A DNA stretch of 64,000 nt from Dimorphilus gyrociliatus. Lineage: Eukaryota; Animalia; Annelida. Position 1 is the first letter of the stretch; the number at the start of each line of letters is the position of its first letter. The stretch is taken from NCBI GenBank assembly GCA_904063045.1, contig CAJFCJ010000002.1, forward strand, positions 1,696,422-1,760,421. Reading direction: 5' to 3'. Shown in pieces: positions 26,782-39,022 of this stretch. Below the pieces are notes generated by a model. It saw nothing but the letters and a program-made list of their open reading frames with translations, had not been told where the DNA came from and searched no databases. Both the position numbers and the translations under genes were made by a program.

Positions 26782-27902
26782 ATGAACATAAAGGAATCCA
26801 GGAAACGTAAGAAGACTGAATTTTTTAGGGTAATCATGTTTTACTCTACGGATTTATGAACTAATTATTGTTTTTATTTTTTTCTTTTATTATCGCCCAC
26901 CTTGTTCTTTGAATAGGTTGACGAAAATCGAGTAATTCAAATTGATATATTCTCTAGAGTTTTGCTAACATCTTCAGAACTAGTAGGTGTTAGCGAGGAA
27001 TCGTATAGAGTAAGTAAAATACCGTCCTATCGTATATGCTCCCTATTAAATAATATTTTTTCAGGAACTTTTCCAACTACTCGAAACTGTTGTTGAAAGT
27101 TACGTCAAAGAAGATTGTAAAATAAAGAAGTCTGAATTTTATTTCGTTCGAGGTTTCAATTAAAATAATTTTAATTATTTATTTAATTGTTGTATTTAAA
27201 AATATCATCTTTTAAAAGTGTCTATTTTAGGTACGAAGGTCGAAGCAAGTTATCAATTTGTTCGGAGAACTGCTGTTCAAAGTTTTTGCTTTCTGTCGAA
27301 TTTTCATAATCTTTCTTATTGCAAAGATAAGTTGATTGTTCAAACAAGGCCATTAACTTTAGAAAGAGAAGATACAATAGTTTGTTTTAAATTTCAATTA
27401 TTTTTCATCATTTTCTGAACAATAAATCATTAATTCTTAGGATTTTTCAAATATCTTGAAACGGCCAAGAACAATTACAGGATATTTTTCAAATCCAAGT
27501 ACAATACCGTCAAATCTTAAAAGCCTGTAAGTTAAAACTAAACAATTACATGGAAAGTTATATTAAAGTGAATAAATTTTTCAAGTGCCAAAAAGAATAA
27601 GAAAAAGCAGGAAGCTTTTGCATCAGTGAGAAAAGAAAATTCTCCTTTATCGTAAATAATTTTGAACTATGTATTTTATTGCAATTATCGTTATTCATTA
27701 TAGGTTAAAGACTCCATTTTTAAAGAAATCAACATCTGAGAAACCCAAAAAATCGTAAGTAATGTGAAATTTGCTTTGAGATTTATTGATCTAGATTTGT
27801 GCTTCTAGACAGGAAAAAACAAAATTAGTAGTTATATCGGATTCAGAGGACGAAGATATTTTTATAAAACCTAAAAAACTAAAGAATGTCAGAAAGAGCT
27901 AA
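26782..27902 (+). CDS. SLX4IP: SLX4IP-like protein, 8 exons, 224 aa as read
   Basis: Exons 26782-26829, 26917-27009, 27065-27152, 27231-27379, 27441-27526, 27586-27651, 27704-27754, 27809-27902 join in phase. SEESYRELFQLLETVVESYVKE and GTKVEASYQFVRR resemble the SLX4IP N-terminal domain as I remember it ([35 protein letters not shown]). Ends with SIM-like KLVVISDSEDED. Confidence 0.65.
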
Positions 27903-29206
27903 ATCAACTATTCAGAAGCGAAAAGTAGACAAATCACCTGGAAGACCGAAACGAAAAACTGCAAAATACGCTGATAAGGAAACCCAAACAAAGCAGGACA
28001 TAAGGAAATTTTTAAGACAAAAATCAGACGTTGATGTTATATCAAAGAGGCATGCTAAATATCAAAGAAGTGTTGCAGAAGCCGTCTGTAACAATAACAA
28101 AGATAAAGACTGCGATACTGAAGAGAAAGTGCTAAGAAAATCATTGCGTAAAAAAGCTATTTGCAAGACGACTAAAGTTGAAATTTGCAATAAAACTGAT
28201 CTAAAAGCTATGCCCAAAGACATTAACCCAAGTTTTGAAGCTGACGATCCCATTAAAAAACCATCTCAGGAAAAAAATACACCTAGAAAGACAAGAAATA
28301 GTGCAAAATCCCTCGTCGATGGATCTATGATGTCATTTGAAGAGGCAATATCTAATACCAATATTATAAAAATGACCAAGCCTAATAAAACAAAATCGAG
28401 CGTTCGAGAAAAATTTAACCAATTGATATCATCTGAAATAAAAAGAAAAGATAGGGAAAAAGCTAAAAGTAAAAGGGATTTTTTGAAATCGCCCATGAAA
28501 GGCAGACAAATTCTGAATTTAAAGAAATTAGTATCTCCCGAAAAATCTCCCATTAAACTGTTCCATGACCCCAGTGTTATAAAAAAATCAAAGGAAGAAA
28601 GACTATTTGAATATTTGAAAGCCCTTAGTGGTGGAGCTTTTTTACCGAATCCGAATATTGAACCTTATAAACCCTTTTTACCACATGATATGATATTTGA
28701 TGAAATAGAAAAGGTTAATTCATTGATAGACCTAACTAAAGGTCAGCTAATCCGTTTCGTCAATGCCGAGGCTATCAGAAAGTTTATTAGGAAAACTATC
28801 AGAGGAGAGAAAACATGTTGGCGAGCCATTGAATTCCTGGAGTGCGATGATTACGACGATAGCCTTATGAATAAATCGATTATGGATGTCTTAGAGACAG
28901 ATAAGAATAGTATAGTTACTATGGAAATTATGAAGGTAATAATAATTGATTGCTGTTCGTTTATGAATGGCTATAATATAAAAAATATATGTTAAGAAGA
29001 TATTGCGGCACTTGATTATCTATTCTCTACATTTACAGAATCATCGAGAATATGCTGAAAAGCAGGGAAAAAATCTGCTAAACTTATGCAATCAAGTTTT
29101 TGTGACAGAAATTACTGTTATGATGGAAATGATTCGCATGAAAAGGTGCCGGGAAATAACAGAGAATGAAATGTGGAAGAGCAAGCTAAAAGGATTTGAT
29201 TATTAA
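27886..29206 (+). CDS. Lys-rich protein with AT-hook-like SPGRPKRK and a C-terminal helical domain resembling the PWWP3A/MUM1 C-terminus; overlaps the SLX4IP-like CDS
   Basis: About 370 stop-free codons from ATG 27886, intron from 28936 (acceptor at 28996 or 29038), stop 29204-29206. QLIRFVNAEAIRKFIRKTIRGEKTCWRAIEFL and CNQVFVTEITV resemble MUM1 KLVEYIVKAKGAESHLRAILKSRKPSRWLQTFL and ILDVLLPEAII from memory. Coding status is firm; the family call is about 0.45. Confidence 0.7.
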
Positions 29207-30032
29207 CATTGTACGTCTTTGCGTAATAACTGTTTGATTCACAAAATAATTCATTTCTCTACAAGTTGGATAGAGATTCTAAATGTTGAAAACAATCAAA
29301 ATGACATTTTTTAGTACTACTTTAATAGAATTTAGTCTATTTTTTTGATTTGTTTTACTTCAATTAATATATATTTTATATGGAAAATAATTAGCTCCTA
29401 TTTCCACCATTCCAATATTCTCGTATGAGAAGAATGTGAGCAATAATATTTACTAATATTTTTATAACAATAAGTCAAAAATCTCGAATCAAAAACTCTT
29501 TAAATATTTGGCAAGTAAACAAAGAAAAACCAAGTTTAAAAAAAAATAAAAAACGAATCTGTTGTCATTTTATGAATAAAAAAATCATTTATTATTTATT
29601 TAAAAGAAGTCTGAATACACCTATTGCAATGGTTGAAAGATTTACTACAACTTTTACAATCTGTTCCCGAATAAAATTGGAATCTTTACAAAAAAATAAG
29701 AAAGATTCATTAGATTTTATGATTTTTTTCATACTTGCGAACAAATAAAGTAGACAAAAAATTTAACAATCTCTTTTGCCAATAACAAAACAATCAGGGA
29801 TCGTATAAACGACTATTAATTTTATATTTACTTTCAATTTAATATTGTCCATATCGTATTCATATATTAATAAAGAGCCTCTTCTCCTATTCTTCAGGTC
29901 AAGTCAAATCTTTTCAAAACTAGTTCTTCAATATTAAAAGCCAGTATAAACCGATGAGGTTCGTTTGATATAAATTTCCCCGCCCAAGTCAAATTTTTCT
30001 ATTCGTTTCAAGAGTATAAGCAACAAACAGCA

Positions 30033-30645
30033 ATGAAGACGATACTTGTAATTTTTTCCCTTGTTTCCCTAGTTTCTGCTGAGCTAGAGGTAATTAGTAA
30101 CTTTGTTGTTCTTATTTAAATTTCATTTTTATGGAATAATTTTACAATATCAAGGTCAGAGATTTGGAAAGTCTCGTTAAACGATTAGAATATTTAGAAC
30201 TTAAAGAACAATACGAGGAGGTTTGTAAATAAATTTGAACGGAACTTTTACTTCATTTTATCTCTTTTAAAATTCTAAGATTCTAAAGAAGGGTGCTAGC
30301 ATATCTGAAATCCGTAACAAAGTAAGTTAACGTGTAAAAGAAAAGTTTTTCTATATATCATATTTAAACTTAAATATATAATTTTTTTAGTTCCAAAGTC
30401 TTCCCAGTGACGCTGACCAATGCCAAAAAATCCGCTATTTGGCTTTACTTTTCTCCGGTTCGACCTGTAAATCTTCTGATAATACACGCTGTACTTGCAA
30501 ATGTGACAGATACAACGATGTCACTCTAGACAAGAGAGCTTACTACAGTGGCTATTGTAGCATTTTGAACCAAGTCGCCAAAAGTTCATCTGGCAAATTT
30601 TGCGTTGACCAAGACAAGAGAAAGTGTTGGTGTGTTTGTCAGTAA
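30033..30645 (+). CDS. Small secreted Cys-rich precursor (139 aa, 4 exons), unknown family
   Basis: Signal peptide MKTILVIFSLVSLVSA; phase-0 exons 30033-30089, 30155-30220, 30280-30321, 30391-30645; 10 Cys in two repeats. Confidence 0.8.
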
Positions 30646-30725
30646 ATGATCTTTGAATACTTGATAATACAAAATAGTAATATAAAAGAAAGTATCAATA
30701 TTTGTTTTATTAATGCAACTTCTTG

Positions 30726-31444
30726 TTAGTCATCATACTTAATCAATGATACAACTTTTGATGGCACATTTTCTCTCCCTTTCAAAGCTGTTAACTCAAT
30801 AAGAACAAGACAACTGTCTGTTATACCTCCCACTTTTTCGATCAGGTTACAAGCGGCCTTTAAAGTTCCTATTATTGAGGAAATGTGATATTTTTCATGA
30901 AAGTTTCTTAATACAAAATATGAAAATACTCTTTTATACCTCCAGTTGCTAGTAAATCGTCAACAATTAACAATCTTTGCCCTGGTTTTATGCTATTCTT
31001 TTGAATTTCGACAGTGTTGCTACCGTATTCTAAATCGTATGACTCTTTAATTGTCTCTCCGGGCAGTTTACCTGCTTTTCTCACTGGTATGAAAGGTACT
31101 TTTAGAGCCAGAGCTATGGATGGTCCAAAGAGAAAGCCTCTAGCATCGAGTCCCACTATTCCACCAATATCTTTAGAACATTCTTTGACCGTATCGATCA
31201 TGATATCAATACAAGCTTGAAGAATTTTTGGTTCAAGAAAAATCGTGAAGATATCTCTGGAATGAGAATAAATAAAGCACTAAATTACTTAAATTCGACC
31301 TTTCAAAAGATAAGGTTAAAATTTGAAACGTGAAAAGTTTTTTTATTGTAGTCAGTACCTAAATAAAATACCCTTAATAGGAAAATCTTGAATAGCTCCA
31401 ATATTATCTTTCAAAAGTTGAATCTTCTCTTCCCTACTGGCCAT
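30726..31444 (-). CDS. APRT: Adenine phosphoribosyltransferase, 3 exons
   Basis: IQDFPIKGILFRDI, GLDARGFLFGPSIA, VRKAGKLPG, YDLEYGS, PRPP motif LIVDDLLATGGT. Confidence 0.97.
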
Positions 31445-31770
31445 TTCGTAATTACTCAAAAAAATTTAACAGGGATTATAAAGATGAACAATAAATGTGG
31501 TAAAACTTATCACTCTTTTTAAAGGTGAAGGTGATAATTTGGGATACTTGCTCAAAACTGGTAATAAAAAAAAATACAAATATTCACGTTTACTATATGA
31601 TTGTTGACAGTTATTTTTTGTATTGAAACTTTTACAATCTAAACTCTAATTAGAATAAAATTAACGATCTTAACAATAACATATACATATAAAAAAAGAA
31701 TTACTTTTCATTATAAAAGATTTATGACTAAAATATGCAATTATTAAGAGAATTATGGTAAGATATCTAT

Positions 31771-33196
31771 TTACAACATTCTACTTTTATTCTTTCTTCT
31801 TTTATTGGTTTCCTCTTTAACCATTTTATCAAAGTTATCTTTGATCAATCGTAACTTTCTTAGACAAGACTCCCTTATATTTTCAGATGCTTCTGGAATC
31901 TCACAATATTTTACAAGATACGCATTATCACAACGTAAAAATGGATTATAAGCTTTCTCCTCTCCAAGAGTTGATGGAACCTGTATTTGCATAAGGAATA
32001 TTCTGAGAGTAAACTGATAAAGGCTTTTACTCATTAATTTCGACTTAGACTTACACTTGACAGAGCTTGCCTTCTTAGGGTTTCTACTTTATCCCATCTT
32101 GACTGTTAATGAATAAACTTTAATAGTAAAATAATTTGATCAATGAGGAAAAAAACTATAGTAACCGCTGCTTCTACATTGTCTGGATCAATATAGCAGG
32201 CAAACCTCAGACAATGTTTGCTATATTCATGTCCAGGCCAAATTAAAGTGTTGTTATTGAACATCATGATTTTATCAAGGGACTGAATCATAAGTGTATG
32301 ATCTCCTTCGAATATTTTTCCCATTCCACCTTGAAATAATAAATCACCGGTAAATATATGATCTGGACAATTGAAAGGTCTTCCATTTAGAACAAATACA
32401 CAATGACCCAAAGTATGTCCAGGTGTGGTTATGACTTGAAACTGCATTTTATCGAAAGATAGAGAATCGCCATCTCTGACAAAATCTGTTGTAGCTAATG
32501 GTTTGTCCTCAATCGAACCGAATATTTGAATTTTCGGAAAGAGATGCTTTATGACTTTATTCCCACCTGCATGATCCCAATGCTTGTGTGTACATAGTAT
32601 TGCGGTCAAATCAACTTGTAATCTTTTACAAATTCCCTGTTTATTTGAGAAAGAGATATTTATAGCTTGACAAAAATCTATATTCGTATCGATTGATGAA
32701 GTATTCTAGAAACTACACACTTACCACCACAACATCTGGATCGGAGGGATCAATTAAGATTCCTTTCATAGTTGTTTTATCAACAACTAAATAACTGTAA
32801 TTGTCTTCTGCAATAGCTATTGGTAATACATTCAATTCCCCATAATCATGATTCTGAGTAATAGAATGTCCTCTGTTACCAAATCTTCTCCTAGCTCTTC
32901 TTACGGATTTTTGGAAGAGATAATTACCCAGAGGTGTATTAATATACAACAGATAACTGGAAAAAATAATTAAAATGACTTGTAAAAACCTTAAAATTTC
33001 CCTTAATTTTCTCTTTTTATTACCCGAATTTCAGGAGAAAACTATTCGTAAATTCAGATCTCATTACCACTCGTAGCTCTTGCCTCTTGCGCGACATTGT
33101 TCTAAATAACCAAATGCCGACGCAAACTGTAGAAATAATACTCCCGCAAAGGAAAATATTAGTTAATGGGAGATTTGGGGATTGTATAGTAGTCAT
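31771..33196 (-). CDS. PNKD: Hydroxyacylglutathione hydrolase-like protein, PNKD type with N-terminal TM segment
   Basis: N-terminal hydrophobic segment, GYLLYINTPLGNYLFQKSVRRARRRF, EDNYSYL, DPSDP, HxHxDH motif THKHWDH, TPGHT, FTGDLLF, WPGHEY, PSTLGEEKAYNPFLR. Confidence 0.88.
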
Positions 33197-33484
33197 GCAA
33201 ATATTTAATCATATGAAAGTCAACTATATATAAAATCTTTAAATCACAGTCCATAAAATTTGACTGATAAATAAGGGATAAATAGTCAACACGGTGTAAC
33301 TAAGTTTTTTAGAAATTTGTACACATAGTTGCCGTGTTTTAGGCATACCTATGCTTATTTTCAAGCGAATCTTTTAACCGCTCCTTCACGCTTTAAAAAC
33401 TATGATTCATCATTTAATATAATTTACTAGATATTCAATGTGTTGTTTTTTCTTTTATATTTAAAGTTTTATGAATCTCTCACA

Positions 33485-36400
33485 ATGTCATCGATTTTTG
33501 ATGCTGCATTTTCAGTCATTAGTTTTGGTCTGGATCTGGTATATATATATATATATATATATATATTGGCTTATGTCTACATATTAATTATCTTTAATTC
33601 ACAATTTTTAGATATGGTATTTCTGTATTCTGTTTTTGGTATTAGGTATTGCTATTTTGGGTGCAAGGGCGTGGAGGCGACTGATGAGGTAAAGAACAAT
33701 TTATTCATTTGATCTGTATACAGAAACTGCAAAAGAATATCCTTTTTAAACACTTTCATTTCGAATATAAAGCACACAAGATTAACATTCTGATTGAATT
33801 GAAAGTTATTGTTAATAGTATTATTCCGTATCCGAACAATGATCAAAACTGATTGTTTCTCTACAATATCTAACGCAGAGTATTCATGAATATGTTTTAT
33901 ATCTATTATATAAAGTGACATAATATAGTTCAGATAATCTCTATTCGACCTATAAATATCACAATACTAATTTATGTATTTATTTATATTTCTTACATCT
34001 TTTTTCCTTTGTAAACTAATAAGAATTTTTTATCAGGAAGAGAATCCATTATGAAGTTAGAACAAGGGATACTACAAAAGGACATAGATGGAGTATGTCA
34101 GATGAATTACCTGATCAAACATTCTGCGCTGTCTCAGGTCAAAGCTTAGACCATGGAGCAGTTTGTGATTTTTGTACAACAGTTGTTGAAGACTATCTGA
34201 TGAAAGAAGCCGACAATAAGCTTGCATGCAAGCCAATAACAACTAGGGCTAGCTATACAAGTCATCATTGGATTAGGGGTTATGTCTATTCAAACTCACC
34301 CTGTTCTCTATGCAATAGAATATGTGGTGTATCAGCAAAGGATGTAAGATGCTGTTGGTGTGATAGATGTGTACACGAAGGTTGTATAAAGCAAATGGTG
34401 AAGGTACATAAAATATCTCTCTTGTTCTATTTTTATTAAATGTTACTCTTGCACGCTTCTTTTACTTTAACAACTGGAAATTCAGTTAATTAGTAGTAAT
34501 TAGTTAATTAAGTAGCAAACAATAGTAGAAAACCGATAAACATTTTAAAATTTATCTTAATTATTTAATTAAAGAGTTTTACTTGTATTTCAAAATATCA
34601 GGAATGCGACTTTGGTACTTTTGCATTATCAATTGTACCACCGCACTGCGTTGGAGTGAGTTTAGTTGGCATTAGAGGCAGACGCCATCTAATCGTTAGC
34701 TCTGTTAGACGTCCAATTCTACCTAATATGTCAGAATGGAGACCTTTAATTGTTTGTGCCAATAGAAAAGCTGGAAATGAAGATGGTGAGAGAGTTTTAA
34801 AAGCTTTTAGAGGAATACTACATCCTGCACAAGTATAAAGATCTTTCTTCGTTTATTATTTATAAACAAAAAAAACAACAATTATGTTAAAACAAACACT
34901 TCTAATACGTATATTGTATATATATATATATATATATACTGTATAATAATAATAACAATAAAAACACAGGTGGTAGATTTGGCCGAAATAGAACCAGAAA
35001 ATGCATTAGAGTGGTGTCATTTACTTCCAGGAGTTTCCTGGAGGGTATTGGTAGCAGGAGGAGACGGTTCTATCGGTTGGGTTTTAAGAGCTATTGACAA
35101 CGTTACAGATAAGGTGAGTTTTTCTAAATAAATTAGATACATAAACATATATATATAAAATTATATATAACAAACAAAACATAAATATACTGTATGTATA
35201 AATATATATTATATATATACATATATATATATATATATTTGAAATGAAGCTTGGCGAGATGAGCTGTACGGTGAGTTTGGAGCATGGTTGTGTGTTGTGT
35301 ATATTTGAACATCGCTATTAAAAAATTGGCAATAAATAACAATGATAACATATATATATATATATATATATAATTAACATACTAATAAGAATATTACGAT
35401 TTATTTCATATTCAGTTTTCCTTTGATCAATCTTTTAGTTTTCAGTTTTTATTTGTTTTTTTTTTTTTAAAAAAAAACAATAGTAGTAATAATAATAATA
35501 ATAATCATAAAACTATTAAATTAGTTTATGTAGAGTATGTGCTGTATGTTCAATATTTACAATGTACAGTATTTACTATTGTTTATTTCTTATTGTTTAT
35601 TATTATTTATATCTTCAAAATAACTATCTCTATCCTCATCCATTGATAAAGATGATATACACACAATTAGATTCTCTTTATATACTTAGATTGTTCAAGT
35701 ACAACTATTTTTCTTTATTAGTTTTTAAATCTTAATCACCGAAATTTTGTTTTTTAATTTCGCTTGATTTTTTTATTATTTAATTTTCTTTCACTTTTTA
35801 TCTCTCTTTTCTTTTTATTTTAGCAAGAATTATCGAAACCCGAAGTTGGAATTCTTCCATTGGGAACCGGTAATGATCTCTCCCGCGTCCTTGGCTGGGG
35901 CGAGGGGCAACAAGGAGATATTGACGCCCATTCGATATTAGAGGAACTGGATAATGCTAAACCAGTTCGTCTAGACCGCTGGAAAGTTGATATATATCCG
36001 TTTCAAAAGTTATTTAGAAAACAGAATCGAGTTATGAATAATTATATATCAGTAGGAGTAGATGCACAGGTAAATAAATCAATTGGTAATGTAATGTATA
36101 CTTTATAATAATTTTTTTGTATTAGGTTGCATTCAATTTTCACAAGCATAGAAACAGCCAGCCAGCACTTTTTGGATCAAGATTAATAAATAAAGTAAAT
36201 TTTTTTTTAAGGATTTCATCGTTTTTAATGCCTAAAGAAACAAAGACTAACTGATTTTTAAAATGTTTTCTCTTTCATATAGATGTGGTATTTTACTTAT
36301 GGCACCAAAGCTGTACTTGAAAGAGAATGTCAGAATCTGCATAAAAAATTGAAAGTATATTTAGATGAAAAGGAAGTTGAATTACCGGAAGTAGAAGGCG

Positions 36401-36741
36401 TCGTTATACTTAATATAGCATCTTGGGGAGCTGGGTGTAAACCTTGGCAAATGGGATCAGACGACCAACAAAATTTTCAAGAGGCACGTCACGATGATGG
36501 CCTATTAGAAGTATTAGCTCTCTATTCCTCATTTCACATAGCCCAGTTAAAAGTCGGATTAGCATCACCTTGTAGATTAGGGCAAGCTCGAAAAGTTCGT
36601 TTAGAATTATCTACAAACGCACCAATGCAAGTAGATGGTGAACCTTGGCAACAAAGTCCAGCAACAATTAACATATCTTTTCACAATTTTGCAACAGTCT
36701 TAGCTCGTAAAGATGCTTATTGTATAAAAAACACTTATTAA
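33485..36741 (+). CDS. DGKE: Diacylglycerol kinase epsilon, multi-exon
   Basis: N-terminal TM (IWYFCILFLVLGIAILG), two C1 domains (HHWIRG; RCCWCDRCVHEGC), catalytic GGDGSIGWVL and LPLGTGNDLSRVLGWG, accessory MNNYISVGVDAQV, DDGLLEV, PMQVDGEPW. Confidence 0.93.
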
Positions 36742-37382
36742 AAATATACAGTACATTACATGTAAAAATACATGAACTACTATTTTATTATTCTCAACTT
36801 TTATTGAAATATTTGAGTCTAGTCGGCGGTTGTCTTTTCTCATTTTTTCAATGTAATAAAATTTTTTATTTATTATTTCTAAATTTTATTATGCTAAAAT
36901 ATGCTAAATTATTCGCTTCATCTACTATTAATCTTCAATTTTAGATAGCTAACTGTATTCTATTTCAAGGAGACTAACAAAATAGAGAATGGGAATAGGG
37001 GAAGAGAGAGAGAGATGAAGTTTTAGTAACGACTAGACATCGTATGATTGGAATAAACATTACTGCCCAAAAATATACCTTATCCATTCTACCAGCTTTA
37101 AAATCTCTTTACTGTGTCTATTTTTCCATTATTTACAGTATAAGCTTAAAAACAAAAATAATGTACAAGCTAAAACATAGATTAGTAAACCTTATTCTTT
37201 TAAAAGCTTTGAACAAATCCCATTAAAATCAGACAATATAAAATCCGATGTTAGTATAGTTTTTTTGTTAATAGCCTTAAAATGACAATTTGTTACAAAT
37301 AAATAGATTTTTTTCCAAATACTTTTATTATATTCTTTGGAAAACTTCCAATAGTTCATTATTTCTTCTAAGTCCTATATGT

Positions 37383-38719
37383 TCAAGAGGATAAAAAATG
37401 TTTAGAATAGCGATTAAAAAAGAAATTTGTTTGTTTTACGTATAGAAATTTGTCTCTGTATGAATCGCAATTTTCTCTTCCATTTTCTATTAGAAGAAAA
37501 GTTTTAACTATAAATCTTTCGAGGAAATATAGCGTCATGTTATAATCGCTTTTATAATAGGACAATATCGATCCAGTTCGACTGCAATTGTCCTTATCTT
37601 CAAACTTTATTAATAAATAATTTTTAATTAGACAATTTATAGAAGAAAACAAATAAAAAACAAGAGTCTACCTGTAAATCTGGTAGAAAATCGGAACTAT
37701 ATAAATCGGATATTTTAATTTCGTACAGATTTCCACATAATAGTCCAGGAAGTTTTGGATGACGAGTTAGAAAAGAACTAGATATGTTTTTTTTTGATAA
37801 AAAGTCTTTATTAGAATAAAAAACTAAAGAAGTTAATAAATATAATTTACTTCATAACTTTTCGGTTGTATATTCTATCTCCGGAAACATTTAGATAAGT
37901 TAAATTAGGCCAGTAGCCTTCTTCAAGAAACTCTTTAAGAAAGTATATATTATTCTTACGTTTAAGTTTCTCTTTCGTTGGTAGTTTAGATATATCTAAT
38001 TTTATTAGATTTTTCATTTTTTTCAAATTCTGTAATGTATTTAATTCTCTTCTAACCCAGAATTTAATAGCCCGTAAATTTTCCAATTTTTCAAGATACT
38101 TTACATCAGTTACTCTTGTTACTGATAGGTTTAGCTTTTCCAAATTTGTAAAACATTTACAAGCCAATGTTAGGTGGTCGTTGTTAAATTTTGTGAAACT
38201 TACATCTAAACTTGATAGATTCTTAAACGAATACAAGGAACTTGTTGTAAGCTTATCATCGAATTGTTTAAGTACTTTATCGTTTATAAGAGATTGATGT
38301 AAACTTAGATTTTTTAGTGTATCAGATTCTAAATATTGTAGATATTCCGAAATTTCGAATTGTTTAAAAGATATTGCTTCAAAACTTTGGATTGGATGAT
38401 TTTTTAAGAAAATCATTGAGGAGCACTTAGTAATTCTATTACCATGAAGTTTAACTCGATTTAAACATACCTTATCACAAGTGAAAAACATTAAAAAGTT
38501 TTCGGGTATTCCACATTCTTTATTATCCAAATATTCTAGTAAAAGATTACTTATTCCCCATGGAAGATAAGGAGGTGAATTTAATTGATTAAAATTGTAA
38601 TCAATTATCTTTAACAGATTCTTTTTTATATATTCCAAACATATTGACTGTAGAGTGTTCGATTGATCGAAAAGGTGTAATAATTGTTTTTTATCATCGT
38701 AGACGATATGAGACACCAT
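37383..38719 (-). CDS. ZYG11/ZER1-like LRR protein, short, no ARM repeat seen
   Basis: BC-box-like TLQSICLEYI, LRRs (NLSSLDVSFTKF, NLEKLNLSVTRV, NLIKLDISK, NLTYLNVSG). Plausible further exons at ~37671-37777 (SFLTRHPKL) and ~37383-37604. Confidence 0.65.
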
Positions 38720-39022
38720 TATTTAGAAGATCTTTTAAGTATAGTCAATAAAAACTATTATATATGATTCGTTTATAATCCTGATAAAAAACATCAAACC
38801 ATCCTCTGGTAAATAAACTTTGTTGATGTTACTCCTGCCGTTTAGATCTACTATAATGAAAGAAAAACTATGGAAAATACCTACATAATGACGTCATAGA
38901 TTTACTATTTCTGTTTGGTGGTAAAAATAATAACTTTAATATATTTTATAAATTCAAAGGAATAACAAATCTAAATGGCATTTGATAAAATGAAAAAAAA
39001 TTGGGAAAATAGATAACAAATT

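Noticed and set aside
29972-29981. AAATTTCCCC, a kappaB-like site upstream of the Cys-rich secreted gene
   Set aside because: Only a half match to GGGRNWYYCC, so it cannot be used as evidence of immune inducibility.
33440-35351. Short ORFs rich in I/Y or S/L (33440-33712, 35133-35351; also 60538-60881)
   Set aside because: They are translations of (TA)n or (GA)n microsatellites in introns or intergenic DNA.
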